DNA of 40,301 nucleotides from a virus: UHGV virus genome UHGV-0127505; one strand, 5' to 3'. Shown piece by piece: positions 1 to 9,596 of this stretch (position 1 is its first letter; each line of letters starts with the position of its first letter). The notes under the pieces were generated by a model. It saw only the letters and a program-made list of their open reading frames with translations, ran no database searches and was not told where the DNA came from. The position numbers and the translations under genes were made by a program.

Positions 1-1284
1 TTACTTCTTCGCCTCTGCAACCACTTTACTACCCACGCCGCGGTTATTGTATTCCCACATGCGGTTGTAGTTAGTGTCATTCAGATTGCGCTGTATTTCG
101 TCGTTATCATCTACGCTGCCGGTATTACCCGCAAACGGACGATTAGAGATCACCGCATCGGCCCACGGTTTAGCCGTGTTAAAACCTTCGTTGATGGCGC
201 TATCACGGATCACCACCTGACCGTTGGTATTGGCATCAACATCCAGCGAGCGGCCCAGTTGCGCCACACCATCACCGAAAGCATTGAAACGGCTGTTTAC
301 GGCGAGGAAACCGTAGTAAATGTTGGACAGCGTAGCCGGTGCAAACACATACGCTTCTTGCTGAGTACGTGAGTTCACCACGCGGAATTCGGTGTTATCG
401 AACACCACTGCGCCGCGACCAGAAACGATATCCACATCCCCTTCAATGTAGCTGTTGGTCACCAGCGTACGCGGCTGACGATTCGTTTCCAGACGGTTCT
501 GCACACCGCTGTTGGTGACAAAGAAGGTGTTCTGACGACCGAGAATGTTAACGTTGTTAATCTGTACCTGGTCACCATCAGTACGCAGTGCCACCGCCGG
601 ATGGTTACCTGCATCTACGCTATCGCCCAGCGTGTTTTCGATGGTCAGATTTTGCAGTTGCAGGCCATTGTTTTGTGACCAGAAGACCGCAGAGCAGAGA
701 ACACCGATACTGTCGCTGCGTTTGCTCTGGCAGCTATCGTACATATACCACGCTGGTTTACCTGGCATATATTTGCCGCGCGGGTTGACGTCGTGACGCC
801 AGTCGGCAGGGCTCATGCCACCATCAAGGGAAAGCCCAATCTTCACATCAATCGGTTTTTCACCTGTACCGTACAGAGTAATTCCACCCGGAGCGGCAGG
901 GACATATACCGTTCCCTGATACTCACCAGGCATCACGGCAATATACTGGCGCTTGTTGGTACGCTTGATAATTGCCGCATCTACCGCCGCCTGAATCGTG
1001 GTATGCGTTACACCTTGAGTGCCCGCCGGGCCGACAACAAAGTCAGGTTGCGCAGGCAGGGTAATCGGGGAAGGATTCCACGCTGCAGCACCTGGTGTCA
1101 GGGATGCAAAATAGTGTTGAGCATCGAAATTCTGCGCTTCTTTTGCCGACAGAATCGGGCGAGAAGAGGTACCAGGCGCGGTTTGATCAGAAGGACGTTG
1201 ATCGGGCGGGGTTGAGCTACAGGCGGTCAGCGTCACGCCAAAAGCCAATGCCAGCGCCAGACGGGAAACTGAAAATGTGTTCAC
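1..1284 (-). CDS. ybhC: Host lipoprotein YbhC (pectinesterase-family putative acyl-CoA thioesterase), complete
   Basis: 427-aa ORF with lipoprotein signal (MNTFSVSRLALALAFGVTLTAC); recognised as the chromosomal gene flanking att-lambda in E. coli. Confidence 0.85.
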   Translation of the reverse strand: MNTFSVSRLALALAFGVTLTACSSTPPDQRPSDQTAPGTSSRPILSAKEAQNFDAQHYFASLTPGAAAWNPSPITLPAQPDFVVGPAGTQGVTHTTIQAAVDAAIIKRTNKRQYIAVMPGEYQGTVYVPAAPGGITLYGTGEKPIDVKIGLSLDGGMSPADWRHDVNPRGKYMPGKPAWYMYDSCQSKRSDSIGVLCSAVFWSQNNGLQLQNLTIENTLGDSVDAGNHPAVALRTDGDQVQINNVNILGRQNTFFVTNSGVQNRLETNRQPRTLVTNSYIEGDVDIVSGRGAVVFDNTEFRVVNSRTQQEAYVFAPATLSNIYYGFLAVNSRFNAFGDGVAQLGRSLDVDANTNGQVVIRDSAINEGFNTAKPWADAVISNRPFAGNTGSVDDNDEIQRNLNDTNYNRMWEYNNRGVGSKVVAEAKK

Positions 1285-1309
1285 AGGTTGCTCCGGGCTA
1301 TGAAATAGA

Positions 1310-1440
1310 AAAATGAATCCGTTGAAGCCTGCTTTTTTATACTAAGTTGGCATTATAAAAAAGCATTGCTTATCAATTTGTTGCAACGAACAGGTCACTA
1401 TCAGTCAAAATAAAATCATTATTTGATTTCAATTTTGTCC
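1310..1440. other. attL: attL (B-O-P'): lambda 15-bp core GCTTTTTTATACTAA at 1331..1345 followed by the P' arm of attP
   Basis: Exact lambda core seen at 1331-1345; downstream sequence reads as the lambda P' arm running into the int 3' end. Confidence 0.9.
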
Positions 1441-2489
1441 CACTCCCTGCCTCTGTCATCACGATACTGTGATGCCATGGTGTCCGACTTATGCCCGAGA
1501 AGATGTTGAGCAAACTTATCGCTTATCTGCTTCTCATAGAGTCTTGCAGACAAACTGCGCAACTCGTGAAAGGTAGGCGGATCCCCTTCGAAGGAAAGAC
1601 CTGATGCTTTTCGTGCGCGCATAAAATACCTTGATACTGTGCCGGATGAAAGCGGTTCACGACGAGTAGATGCAATTATGGTTTCTCCGCCAAGAATCTC
1701 TTTGCATTTATCAAGTGTTTCCTTCATTGATATCCCGAGAGCATCAACATGCAATGTTGTTGGGATGGCAATTTTTACGCCTGTTTTGCTTTGCTCGACA
1801 TAAAGATATCCATCTACGATATCAGACCACTTCATTTCGCATAAATCACCAACTCGTTGCCCGGTAACAACAGCCAGTTCCATTGCAAGTCTGAGCCAAC
1901 ATGGTGATGATTCTGCTGCTTGATAAATTTTCAGGTATTCGTCAGCCGTAAGTCTTGATCTCCTTACCTCTGATTTTGCTGCGCGAGTGGCAGCGACAGG
2001 GTTTGTTGTTATATGGCCTTCAGCTATTGCCTCTCGGAATGCATCGCTCAGTGTTGATCTGATTAACTTGGCTGACGCCGCCTTGCCCTCGTCTATGTAT
2101 CCATTGAGCATTGCCGCAATTTCTTTTGTGGTGATGTCTTCAAGTGGAGCATCAGGCAGACCCCTCCTTATTGCTTTAATTTTGCTCATGTAATTTATGA
2201 GTGTCTTCTGCTTGATTCCTCTGCTGGCCAGGATTTTTTCGTAGCGATCAAGCCATGAATGTAACGTAACGGAATTATCACTGTTGATTCTCGCTGTCAG
2301 AGGCTTGTGTTTGTGTCCTGAAAATAACTCAATGTTGGCCTGTATGGCTTCAGTGATTGCGATTCGCCTGTCTCTGCCTAATCCAAACTCTTTACCCGTC
2401 CTTGGGTCCCTGTAGCAGTAATATCCATTGTTTCTTATATAAAGGTTAGGGGGTAAATCCCGGCGCTCATGACTTCGCCTTCTTCCCAT
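1419..2489 (-). CDS. int: Lambda integrase (tyrosine recombinase)
   Basis: 356 aa, reads as lambda Int (MGRRRSHERRDLPPNLYIRNNGYYCYRDPRTGKEFGLG...); adjacent to attL. Confidence 0.97.
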   Translation of the reverse strand: MGRRRSHERRDLPPNLYIRNNGYYCYRDPRTGKEFGLGRDRRIAITEAIQANIELFSGHKHKPLTARINSDNSVTLHSWLDRYEKILASRGIKQKTLINYMSKIKAIRRGLPDAPLEDITTKEIAAMLNGYIDEGKAASAKLIRSTLSDAFREAIAEGHITTNPVAATRAAKSEVRRSRLTADEYLKIYQAAESSPCWLRLAMELAVVTGQRVGDLCEMKWSDIVDGYLYVEQSKTGVKIAIPTTLHVDALGISMKETLDKCKEILGGETIIASTRREPLSSGTVSRYFMRARKASGLSFEGDPPTFHELRSLSARLYEKQISDKFAQHLLGHKSDTMASQYRDDRGREWDKIEIK

Positions 2490-2685
2490 TTCTGATCCTC
2501 TTCAAAAGGCTACCTGTTACTGGTCGATTTAAGTCAACCTTTACCGCTGATTCGTGGAACAGATATTCTCTTCCATCCTTAACCGGAGGAGGGAATATCC
2601 TGCATTCGCGCACCCATCGACGAACTGTTTCAAGGCTTCTTGGGCGTCGCTGGCGAGCGTTCCACTCCTGAAGTGTCAAGTACAT
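2467..2685 (-). CDS. xis: Excisionase
   Basis: 72 aa, reads as lambda Xis (MYLTLQEWNARQRRPRSLETVRRWVRE...); overlaps int 5' end as in lambda. Confidence 0.95.
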   Translation of the reverse strand: MYLTLQEWNARQRRPRSLETVRRWVRECRIFPPPVKDGREYLFHESAVKVDLNRPVTGSLLKRIRNGKKAKS

Positions 2686-2724
2686 CGCAAAGTCTCCGCA
2701 ATTACACGCAAGAAAAAACCGCCA

Positions 2725-2892
2725 TCAGGCGGCTTGGTGTTCTTTCAGTTCTTCAATTCGAATATTGGTTATGTCTGCATGTGCTATCTGCGCCCATATC
2801 ATCCAGTGGTCGTAGCAGTCGTTGATGTTCTCCGCTTCGATAACTCTGTTGAATGGCTCTCCATTCCATTCTCCTGTGACTCGGAAGTGCAT
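2725..2892 (-). CDS. Small hypothetical protein (55 aa), in the position of the lambda xis-proximal small ORF
   Basis: ATG at 2892 to stop at 2725 translated by hand (MHFRVTGEWNGEPFNRVIEAENINDCYDHWMIWAQIAHADITNIRIEELKEHQAA); below the ORF-track length cutoff. Confidence 0.5.
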   Translation of the reverse strand: MHFRVTGEWNGEPFNRVIEAENINDCYDHWMIWAQIAHADITNIRIEELKEHQAA

Positions 2893-2980
2893 TTATCATC
2901 TCCATAAAACAAAACCCGCCGTAGCGAGTTCAGATAAAATAAATCCCCGCGAGTGCGAGGATTGTTATGTAATATTGGGT

Positions 2981-3262
2981 TTAATCATCTATATGTTTTG
3001 TACAGAGAGGGCAAGTATCGTTTCCACCGTACTCGTGATAATAATTTTGCACGGTATCAGTCATTTCTCGCACATTGCAGAATGGGGATTTGTCTTCATT
3101 AGACTTATAAACCTTCATGGAATATTTGTATGCCGACTCTATATCTATACCTTCATCTACATAAACACCTTCGTGATGTCTGCATGGAGACAAGACACCG
3201 GATCTGCACAACATTGATAACGCCCAATCTTTTTGCTCAGACTCTAACTCATTGATACTCAT
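2981..3262 (-). CDS. ea8.5: Ea8.5-like protein
   Basis: 93 aa, same size and position as lambda Ea8.5; Cys/His-rich. Confidence 0.8.
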   Translation of the reverse strand: MSINELESEQKDWALSMLCRSGVLSPCRHHEGVYVDEGIDIESAYKYSMKVYKSNEDKSPFCNVREMTDTVQNYYHEYGGNDTCPLCTKHIDD

Positions 3263-3453
3263 TTATAAACTCCTTGCAATGTATGTCGTTTCAGCTAAAC
3301 GGTATCAGCAATGTTTATGTAAAGAAACAGTAAGATAATACTCAACCCGATGTTTGAGTACGGTCATCATCTGACACTACAGACTCTGGCATCGCTGTGA
3401 AGACGACGCGAAATTCAGCATTTTCACAAGCGTTATCTTTTACAAAACCGATC

Positions 3454-4002
3454 TCACTCTCCTTTGATGCGAATGCCAGCGTCAGACATCATATGCAGAT
3501 ACTCACCTGCATCCTGAACCCATTGACCTCCAACCCCGTAATAGCGATGCGTAATGATGTCGATAGTTACTAACGGGTCTTGTTCGATTAACTGCCGCAG
3601 AAACTCTTCCAGGTCACCAGTGCAGTGCTTGATAACAGGAGTCTTCCCAGGATGGCGAACAACAAGAAACTGGTTTCCGTCTTCACGGACTTCGTTGCTT
3701 TCCAGTTTAGCAATACGCTTACTCCCATCCGAGATAACACCTTCGTAATACTCACGCTGCTCGTTGAGTTTTGATTTTGCTGTTTCAAGCTCAACACGCA
3801 GTTTCCCTACTGTTAGCGCAATATCCTCGTTCTCCTGGTCGCGGCGTTTGATGTATTGCTGGTTTCTTTCCCGTTCATCCAGCAGTTCCAGCACAATCGA
3901 TGGTGTTACCAATTCATGGAAAAGGTCTGCGTCAAATCCCCAGTCGTCATGCATTGCCTGCTCTGCCGCTTCACGCAGTGCCTGAGAGTTAATTTCGCTC
4001 AC
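3454..4002 (-). CDS. ea22: Ea22-like protein
   Basis: 182 aa, same size and position as lambda Ea22; coiled-coil-rich. Confidence 0.8.
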   Translation of the reverse strand: MSEINSQALREAAEQAMHDDWGFDADLFHELVTPSIVLELLDERERNQQYIKRRDQENEDIALTVGKLRVELETAKSKLNEQREYYEGVISDGSKRIAKLESNEVREDGNQFLVVRHPGKTPVIKHCTGDLEEFLRQLIEQDPLVTIDIITHRYYGVGGQWVQDAGEYLHMMSDAGIRIKGE

Positions 4003-4220
4003 TTCGAACCTCTCTGTTTACTGATAAGTTCCAGATCCTCCTGGCAACTTGCACAAGTCCGACAACCCTGAACGGCCAAGCGTCTTCGTTCATCTATCGG
4101 ATCGCCACACTCACAACAATGAGTGGCAGATACAGCCTGGTGGTTCAGGCGGCGCATTTTTATTGCTGTGTTGCGCTGTAATTCTTCAATTTCTGATGCT
4201 GAATCAATGATGTCTGCCAT
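3999..4220 (-). CDS. TraR/DksA-family C4 zinc-finger protein (lambda Orf73-like)
   Basis: 73 aa with CxxC...CxxC motif (CCECGDPIDERRR...CRTCASCQ) typical of TraR/DksA-like proteins. Confidence 0.75.
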   Translation of the reverse strand: MADIIDSASEIEELQRNTAIKMRRLNHQAVSATHCCECGDPIDERRRLAVQGCRTCASCQEDLELISKQRGSK

Positions 4221-4318
4221 CTTCCATTAATCCCTGAATTGTTGGTTAATACGCTTGGGGGTAAATGCGAGCAATAAAAAAGGAGCCTGTAGCTCCCTGA
4301 TAATTTTGCTTTTCATGT

Positions 4319-4600
4319 TCATCGTTCCTTAAAGACGCCGTTTAACATGCCGATTGCCAGGCTTAAATGAGTCGGTGTGAATCCCATCAGCGTTACCGTT
4401 TCGCGGTGCTTCTTCAGTACGCTACGGCAAATGTCATCGACGTTTTTATCCGGAAACTGCTGTCTGGCTTTTTTGATTTCAGAATTAGCCTGACGGGCAA
4501 TGCTGCGAAGGGCGTTTTCTTGCTGAGGTGTCATTGAACAAGCCCCATGTCGGCAAGCATAAGCACACAGAATATGAAGCCCGCTGCCAGAAAAATGCAT
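4319..4600 (-). CDS. Hypothetical protein (lambda orf61-region); start uncertain, ATG at 4534 may be the true start
   Basis: ORF in the lambda b-region gene string; no clear ribosome-binding site at either candidate start. Confidence 0.45.
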   Translation of the reverse strand: MHFSGSGLHILCAYACRHGACSMTPQQENALRSIARQANSEIKKARQQFPDKNVDDICRSVLKKHRETVTLMGFTPTHLSLAIGMLNGVFKER

Positions 4601-4610
4601 TCAGTGGTTG

Positions 4611-4802
4611 TCATACCTGGTCTCTCTCATCTGCTTCTGCTTTCGCCACCATCATTTCCAGCTTTTGTGAAAGGGATGCGGCTAACGTATGAAATTCTTC
4701 GTCTGTTTCTACTGGTATTGGCACAAACCTGACTCCAATTTGAGCGAGGCTATGTGCCATCTCGATACTCGTTCTTAACTCAACGGGAGATGCTTTGTGC
4801 AT
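4611..4802 (-). CDS. Lambda Orf63-like protein
   Basis: 63 aa, same size and position as lambda orf63. Confidence 0.7.
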   Translation of the reverse strand: MHKASPVELRTSIEMAHSLAQIGVRFVPIPVETDEEFHTLAASLSQKLEMMVAKAEADERDQV

Positions 4803-4957
4803 ACAGCTCCCCGTTTATTATTTATCTCCTCAGCCAGCCGCTGTACTTTCAGGGGATTTCTGATAACAGAAAGGCCGGGAAATACCCAGCCTCGCTTTGT
4901 AACGGAGTAGACGAAAGTGATCGCACCTACCCGGATATTATCGTGAGGATGCTTCAT
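4775..4957 (-). CDS. Lambda Orf60a-like protein
   Basis: 60 aa from the second in-frame Met; immediately upstream of exo as in lambda. Confidence 0.65.
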   Translation of the reverse strand: MKHPHDNIRVGAITFVYSVTKRGWVFPGLSVIRNPLKVQRLAEEINNKRGAVCTKHLPLS

Positions 4958-5634
4958 CGCCATTGCTCCCCAAATACAAAACCAATTTCAGCCAGTGCCT
5001 CGTCCATTTTTTCGATGAACTCCGGCACCATCTCGTCAAAACTCGCCATGTACTTTTCATCCCGCTCAACCACGACATAATGCAGGCCTTCACGCTTCAT
5101 ACGCGGGTCATAGTTGGCAAAGTACCAGGCATCTTTTCGCGTCACCCACATGCTGTACTGCACCTGGGCCATGTAAGCCGACTTTATGGCCTCGAAACCA
5201 CCGAGCCGGAACTTCATGAAATCCCGGGAGGTAAACGGGCATTTCAGCTCAAGGCCATTGCCGTCACTGCATAAACCATCGGGAGAGCAGGCGGTACGCA
5301 TACTTTCGTCGCGATAGATGATCGGGGATTCAGTAACATTCACGCCGGAAGTGAATTCAAACAGAGTTCTGGCGTCGTTCTCGTACTGTTTTCCCCATGC
5401 CAGCGCCTTAGCATTAACTTCCGGAGCCACACCGGTGCAAACCTCAGCCAGCAGGGTGTGGAAGTAGGACATTTTCATGTCAGGCCACTTTTTTCCGGAG
5501 CGGGGTTTTGCTATCACATTGTGAACTTCTGAAGCGGTGATGACGCCGAGCCGTAATTTGTGCCACGCATCATCCCCCTGTTCGACAGCTCTCACGTCGA
5601 TTCCGGTACGCTGCAGGATAATGTCCGGTGTCAT
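4954..5634 (-). CDS. exo: Lambda exonuclease (Red-alpha)
   Basis: 226 aa; reads as lambda Exo ([40 protein letters not shown]...). Confidence 0.97.
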   Translation of the reverse strand: MTPDIILQRTGIDVRAVEQGDDAWHKLRLGVITASEVHNVIAKPRSGKKWPDMKMSYFHTLLAEVCTGVAPEVNAKALAWGKQYENDARTLFEFTSGVNVTESPIIYRDESMRTACSPDGLCSDGNGLELKCPFTSRDFMKFRLGGFEAIKSAYMAQVQYSMWVTRKDAWYFANYDPRMKREGLHYVVVERDEKYMASFDEMVPEFIEKMDEALAEIGFVFGEQWR

Positions 5635-6416
5635 GCAGCCACCTTCTGCTCAGTGGCTTTCTGTTTCAGGAATCCAAGAGCTTTCACTGCTTCGGCCTGT
5701 GTCAGTTCTGACGATGCGCGAATGTCGCGGCGAAATATCTGGGAACAGAGCGGCAATAAGTCGTCATCCCATGTTTTATCCAGGGCAATCAGCAGAGTGT
5801 TAATCTCCTGCATGGTTTCATCGTTAACCGGAGTGATGTCGCGTTCCGGCTGACGTTCTGCAGTGTATGCGGTATTTTCGACAATGCGCTCGGCTTCATC
5901 CTTGTCATAGATACCAGCAAATCCGAAGGCCAGACGGGCACACTGAATCATGGCTTTATGCCGTAACATCCGTTTGGGATGCGACTGCCACGGCCCCGTA
6001 ATTTCTCTGCCTTCGCGGGTTTTGAATGGTTCGCGGCGGCATTCATCCATCCACTCGGTAACGCAGATCGGATGATTGCGGTCCTTGCGGTAAATCCGGC
6101 ATGTACAGGATTCGTTGTCCTGCTCAAAGTCCATGCCATCAAACTGCTGGTTTTCATTGATGATGCGGGACCAGCCATCAACGCCCACCACCGGAACGAT
6201 GCCATTCTGCTTATCAGGAAAGGCGTAAATTTCTTTCGTCCATGGATTAAGGCCGTACTGGTTGGCAACGATCAGTAATGCGATGAACTGCGCATCGCTG
6301 GCATCACCTTTAAATGCCGTCTGGCGAAGAGTGGTGATCAGTTCCTGTGGGTCGACAGAATCCATGCCGACACGTTCAGCCAGCTTCCCTGCCAGCGTTG
6401 CGAGTGCTGTACTCAT
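5631..6416 (-). CDS. bet: Bet single-strand annealing protein (Red-beta)
   Basis: 261 aa; reads as lambda Bet; overlaps exo start. Confidence 0.97.
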   Translation of the reverse strand: MSTALATLAGKLAERVGMDSVDPQELITTLRQTAFKGDASDAQFIALLIVANQYGLNPWTKEIYAFPDKQNGIVPVVGVDGWSRIINENQQFDGMDFEQDNESCTCRIYRKDRNHPICVTEWMDECRREPFKTREGREITGPWQSHPKRMLRHKAMIQCARLAFGFAGIYDKDEAERIVENTAYTAERQPERDITPVNDETMQEINTLLIALDKTWDDDLLPLCSQIFRRDIRASSELTQAEAVKALGFLKQKATEQKVAA

Positions 6417-6421
6417 CCGTT

Positions 6422-6718
6422 TTATACCTCTGAATCAATATCAACCTGGTGGTGAGCAATGGTTTCAACCATGTACTGGATGTGTTCTGCCATGCGCTCC
6501 TGAAACTCAACATCGTCATCAAACGCACGGGTAATGGCTTTTTTGCTGGCCCCGTGGCGTTGCAAATGATCGATGCATAGCGATTCAAACAGGTGCTGGG
6601 GCAGGCCTTTTTCCATGTCGTCTGCCAGTTCTGCCTCTTTCTCTTCACGGGCGATCTGCTGGTAGTGACGCGCCCAGCTCTGAGCCTCAAGACGATCCTG
6701 AATGTAATAAGCGTTCAT
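6422..6718 (-). CDS. gam: Gam, RecBCD inhibitor (98-aa form)
   Basis: 98 aa [34 protein letters not shown]... reads as lambda GamS. Confidence 0.95.
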   Translation of the reverse strand: MNAYYIQDRLEAQSWARHYQQIAREEKEAELADDMEKGLPQHLFESLCIDHLQRHGASKKAITRAFDDDVEFQERMAEHIQYMVETIAHHQVDIDSEV

Positions 6719-6793
6719 GGCTGACCTCCTGAAAATGGCTGTGAAAATATCGCCCGCGAAATGCCAGGCTGATTAGGAAAACAGGAAAGGGGA

Positions 6794-7084
6794 TTAGTGA
6801 TTTAGGCCGTTGCCGCGTCCGTCGAGAAAAACTTCCACGAGCAAATCACGGGTATAAGTGCGCTCGATGCCGCGATGCAGATATAGCCGTCCGCGTAAAT
6901 TAGCTGATGCAGTCCAGGTACCATCTTTGTGTTTGACCAGCATTCCTGGCATGACCGCACCGCGATTAACGGTCTGCGTTCCGTAATGTTGATGAACCAT
7001 AAAAACTCCTGCCCGTAAGCTGGGCTGCTGAACATATATAGACTTCTGCGCGTATTCAGGCGGTGGATGGCCGCCGGTTGTCAT
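6794..7084 (-). CDS. Hypothetical protein, first gene downstream of OL/pL (N position); the frame stays open upstream to 7204 and there encodes an arginine-rich stretch
   Basis: ATG at 7084 preceded by GAGGCGG; upstream in-frame extension (TTG/GTG starts only) encodes RLRGVRGVKRTRERR. Confidence 0.5.
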   Translation of the reverse strand: MTTGGHPPPEYAQKSIYVQQPSLRAGVFMVHQHYGTQTVNRGAVMPGMLVKHKDGTWTASANLRGRLYLHRGIERTYTRDLLVEVFLDGRGNGLNH

Positions 7085-7282
7085 AACTAAGCCGCCTCGT
7101 TGAAGCGACTGAGGTATGAAGTGTTGAGTTGATTTCAGCTGGTCACACCGACGTTCACGCGTCCGCTTCACCCCTCGCACTCCCCGGAGCCTGCTGAAAT
7201 TCAAGCTGCGGATCTAAGCGGTCATCGCAACGGTGAATCAGGTGGTTGCCGTATCGTTGTGTTGTTGCGATGAATTTATTTA

Positions 7283-7352
7283 AAACTATAGTTGTTTTAT
7301 CGTCAACAACAAAAGTTGTTTTACTGGTTGTTTTAGATATAACTGGTTGTAT
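7283..7352. promoter_or_regulatory. OL operator cluster / pL region (repeated GTTGTT-containing half-sites)
   Basis: Repeats AACTATAGTTGTT, CAACAACAAAAGTTGTT, CTGGTTGTT, CTGGTTGTA; near-identical to a site in the cI-cro intergenic region (AACTATGGTTGTT). Confidence 0.6.
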
Positions 7353-7451
7353 TTAGGATGGATTTATTTTGTGACTTGCATCGCATAGCGATAACTGAAG
7401 GGATGTCGTGGTGGTTATTTGAACGGTTTGTGTGATGAGGGGAGGCAAAAG

Positions 7452-7482
7452 AAAACCCGGCACGGTGGCCGGGTCATGATGC
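7452..7482 (-). terminator. Rho-independent terminator ending the cI / SIR2-gene transcription unit (t_imm-equivalent)
   Basis: Perfect hairpin CCCGGC-cacggt-GCCGGG (7456-7474) followed on the minus strand by TTTTCTTTTG. Confidence 0.7.
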
Positions 7483-7572
7483 TTATTTCTTACTTTGAAT
7501 GAGCTTAATTAGTTTGTTCTTTTCTTCCGTGTTAAGTTTTCTGACATTAGATACTGTATTTTTATCTTTCAT
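7483..7572 (-). CDS. 29-aa lysine-rich small ORF immediately downstream of the SIR2-like gene
   Basis: ATG at 7572 preceded by GAGGAGAG Shine-Dalgarno at good spacing; MKDKNTVSNVRKLNTEEKNKLIKLIQSKK; terminator follows directly. Confidence 0.5.
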   Translation of the reverse strand: MKDKNTVSNVRKLNTEEKNKLIKLIQSKK

Positions 7573-7641
7573 CCAGCTCTCTCCTCAATATCTGATGTGG
7601 CGTTTTGTCAATCTATTAGAGCACTATTACTGTTAGTAAAA

Positions 7642-9576
7642 CTATGACACAGCTTTAGATTCGTTGCCATAGGTTTTATCTGACGGTTCAGCTATGGTTG
7701 CAATTGGCAACTGATCTGTATCAATATCGTCTAAGCTTTCAACATTAGCTATCTCATCTGAACTATGAGGGTTGAAGTCGCTATCAGCATCATGTTTCGT
7801 TTCTGGATCGGTGGCTTCTTCTGGCACGTCTAACCCGCGTTCTTTGGCTAATCGGGTTAGCCTTTCATATAAGTTCGGATTTATTAATGTAAAGATTGGC
7901 ATTTCTTGGAGAAGCGCACTTATGAGTTGTTGCTCATCTAATGACTCTGCCATTTTTAGACTAATCTCTTCATCTTCAAGTAAAATGGATAAGCCAAAAC
8001 TTAACCAGTAATCATCAGATTGAATACTTTTCTGAAGATCCTCATTCAATATATCAATAAGGTCTTTATTAATCTGTTTTTGTTCAAGTTTTAAGATTAA
8101 AGCTCTATTCAATGCGATAAATGATTTTTCCCTATCACTTATATTTTTTCTTTCAAGAATACTAAGAAGTCGTTTTGCAAAATCAAATAATTCTAAGCTT
8201 ATAAGATCAACTATTACAGTGATAATTCTTGCTTTGTCTTTTTCTGATAACGCGTTGAATTCATTAAATTTTTCAATATCTTTTTTTAATTCTGCTATAT
8301 CATCTAATTTCAATTTTGATCTTACGAGAGTAGATAACGCATCAACGGTAGAGGATAATTCCATTGAGCGCTGAGCGTATTTTTTTGCGGTATCAAAATC
8401 TGATTCTCTAAATGCAGAATTTGCGATGAAAGCGTTTGGTGTACTATAAATATACACATCACTACCATCATTGAGAAACTCAGCCTCTTGAATCATTTTT
8501 TCAATTGCATTTCTTGCGCTTTCATCCGTTGGATCCATCTTGTATTTTTGCATTTGTTTATGAAGTTTATTAACAAACTCTTTCGCTTGGTTTATTTTTA
8601 GTACATGATCAGCTAAAGCTTTCATGTCTTTTTTTATGAATGAACTTGTAATTTCATCATCATCATCTAACTCTGAAAAATATTTATCTAATTTATTTGA
8701 AAGAGCCGAGTATGGATCTGCAACTTCTTCTTGCAGTGAAAAACCCAACTCGTGATGAATCTCTGCCATAAGTTCATCGAACCCTTCTATCTCAATGAGG
8801 TGAAAACGAGGAAACCTTGCAAGATTTTTTAACTCTTCAGGCATAATGGTTCCTTTCCTCACACACCAATAAATTCCATGTGGGAAAGTATTATCTGAAT
8901 GCAAAAGGGTATTAAGAGTGTCCATTATAGAACGATCGTTGCCAGCATAGCCAATAACAATCATACCAAATTCATTAGCATATTGTCGAAATTTAGTCCG
9001 CATATTATCTTCAAGAGATTCTAATTCTCTGATTGTATTTTTAATATCATCAAAGAGAAAATCCCCATGTAGTTTTATTATTTTTGGACGATTAGATGTT
9101 AATCTTATATTTTTAATGCTTGAGTCATGAGCACAAACGACGGGTCTCAAATTATTAGAAAATGTGTAACATGCTTCATTGATCAAATCATCAAAATTTG
9201 TGGTGAAAATTGTGTTAAATGTTTTATTTTTCAATAGGTTTACTAGATAAACATACCCCCAAGAAGGGGTGCTGTTAACTATACAGTTTTCAATGAATTC
9301 ACGTCGCTGAGTGGGTTGATCGTACAGTGCTTCGAAAAGTTCTGAGTATTCATTGCTCTGACCATACCAGATATTACTTTTTAGTTTTTCTTCGCCATGC
9401 ATATCTATGTAAGATGCTCTCCATTCTTCAATCATTTTGCCCGCACTTTTAATGCCACTACTAATACTGGCACCTGCACCAAGAAAAAGAGTGAAATTTG
9501 GATGATGATCTTTTGTTGTCTTAAGAATATTGATCAGATGCTTTTGTGGTTTCCGCTTCATGAATTTAACTATCAC
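7642..9576 (-). CDS. SIR2-like (sirtuin-fold) domain protein with about 350-aa helical C-terminal domain and acidic tail; candidate defence / superinfection-exclusion effector in the rexAB position
   Basis: 644 aa; Rossmann motif FLGAGASISSGI (res 31-42), TTNFDD (Asn127) and KLHGD (His170), the Asn/His spacing of defence-type SIR2 domains; very AT-rich; GTG at 9576 or ATG at 9561 as start. Confidence 0.75.
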   Translation of the reverse strand: MIVKFMKRKPQKHLINILKTTKDHHPNFTLFLGAGASISSGIKSAGKMIEEWRASYIDMHGEEKLKSNIWYGQSNEYSELFEALYDQPTQRREFIENCIVNSTPSWGYVYLVNLLKNKTFNTIFTTNFDDLINEACYTFSNNLRPVVCAHDSSIKNIRLTSNRPKIIKLHGDFLFDDIKNTIRELESLEDNMRTKFRQYANEFGMIVIGYAGNDRSIMDTLNTLLHSDNTFPHGIYWCVRKGTIMPEELKNLARFPRFHLIEIEGFDELMAEIHHELGFSLQEEVADPYSALSNKLDKYFSELDDDDEITSSFIKKDMKALADHVLKINQAKEFVNKLHKQMQKYKMDPTDESARNAIEKMIQEAEFLNDGSDVYIYSTPNAFIANSAFRESDFDTAKKYAQRSMELSSTVDALSTLVRSKLKLDDIAELKKDIEKFNEFNALSEKDKARIITVIVDLISLELFDFAKRLLSILERKNISDREKSFIALNRALILKLEQKQINKDLIDILNEDLQKSIQSDDYWLSFGLSILLEDEEISLKMAESLDEQQLISALLQEMPIFTLINPNLYERLTRLAKERGLDVPEEATDPETKHDADSDFNPHSSDEIANVESLDDIDTDQLPIATIAEPSDKTYGNESKAVS

Positions 9577-9596
9577 TTATGTTTATAATTTGACCA

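Noticed and set aside
1-1284. ybhC as possible phage cargo
   Set aside because: It lies outside the att core on the bacterial side and is the normal chromosomal neighbour of att-lambda.
2554-2907. 117-aa plus-strand ORF overlapping xis and the adjacent small gene
   Set aside because: Opposite strand to the established leftward int-xis operon and overlaps confidently called genes; likely spurious.
6802-7035. 77-aa minus-strand ORF overlapping the 6794..7084 gene in another frame
   Set aside because: Alternative frame of the same region with no independent ribosome-binding site; the 6794..7084 frame is preferred.
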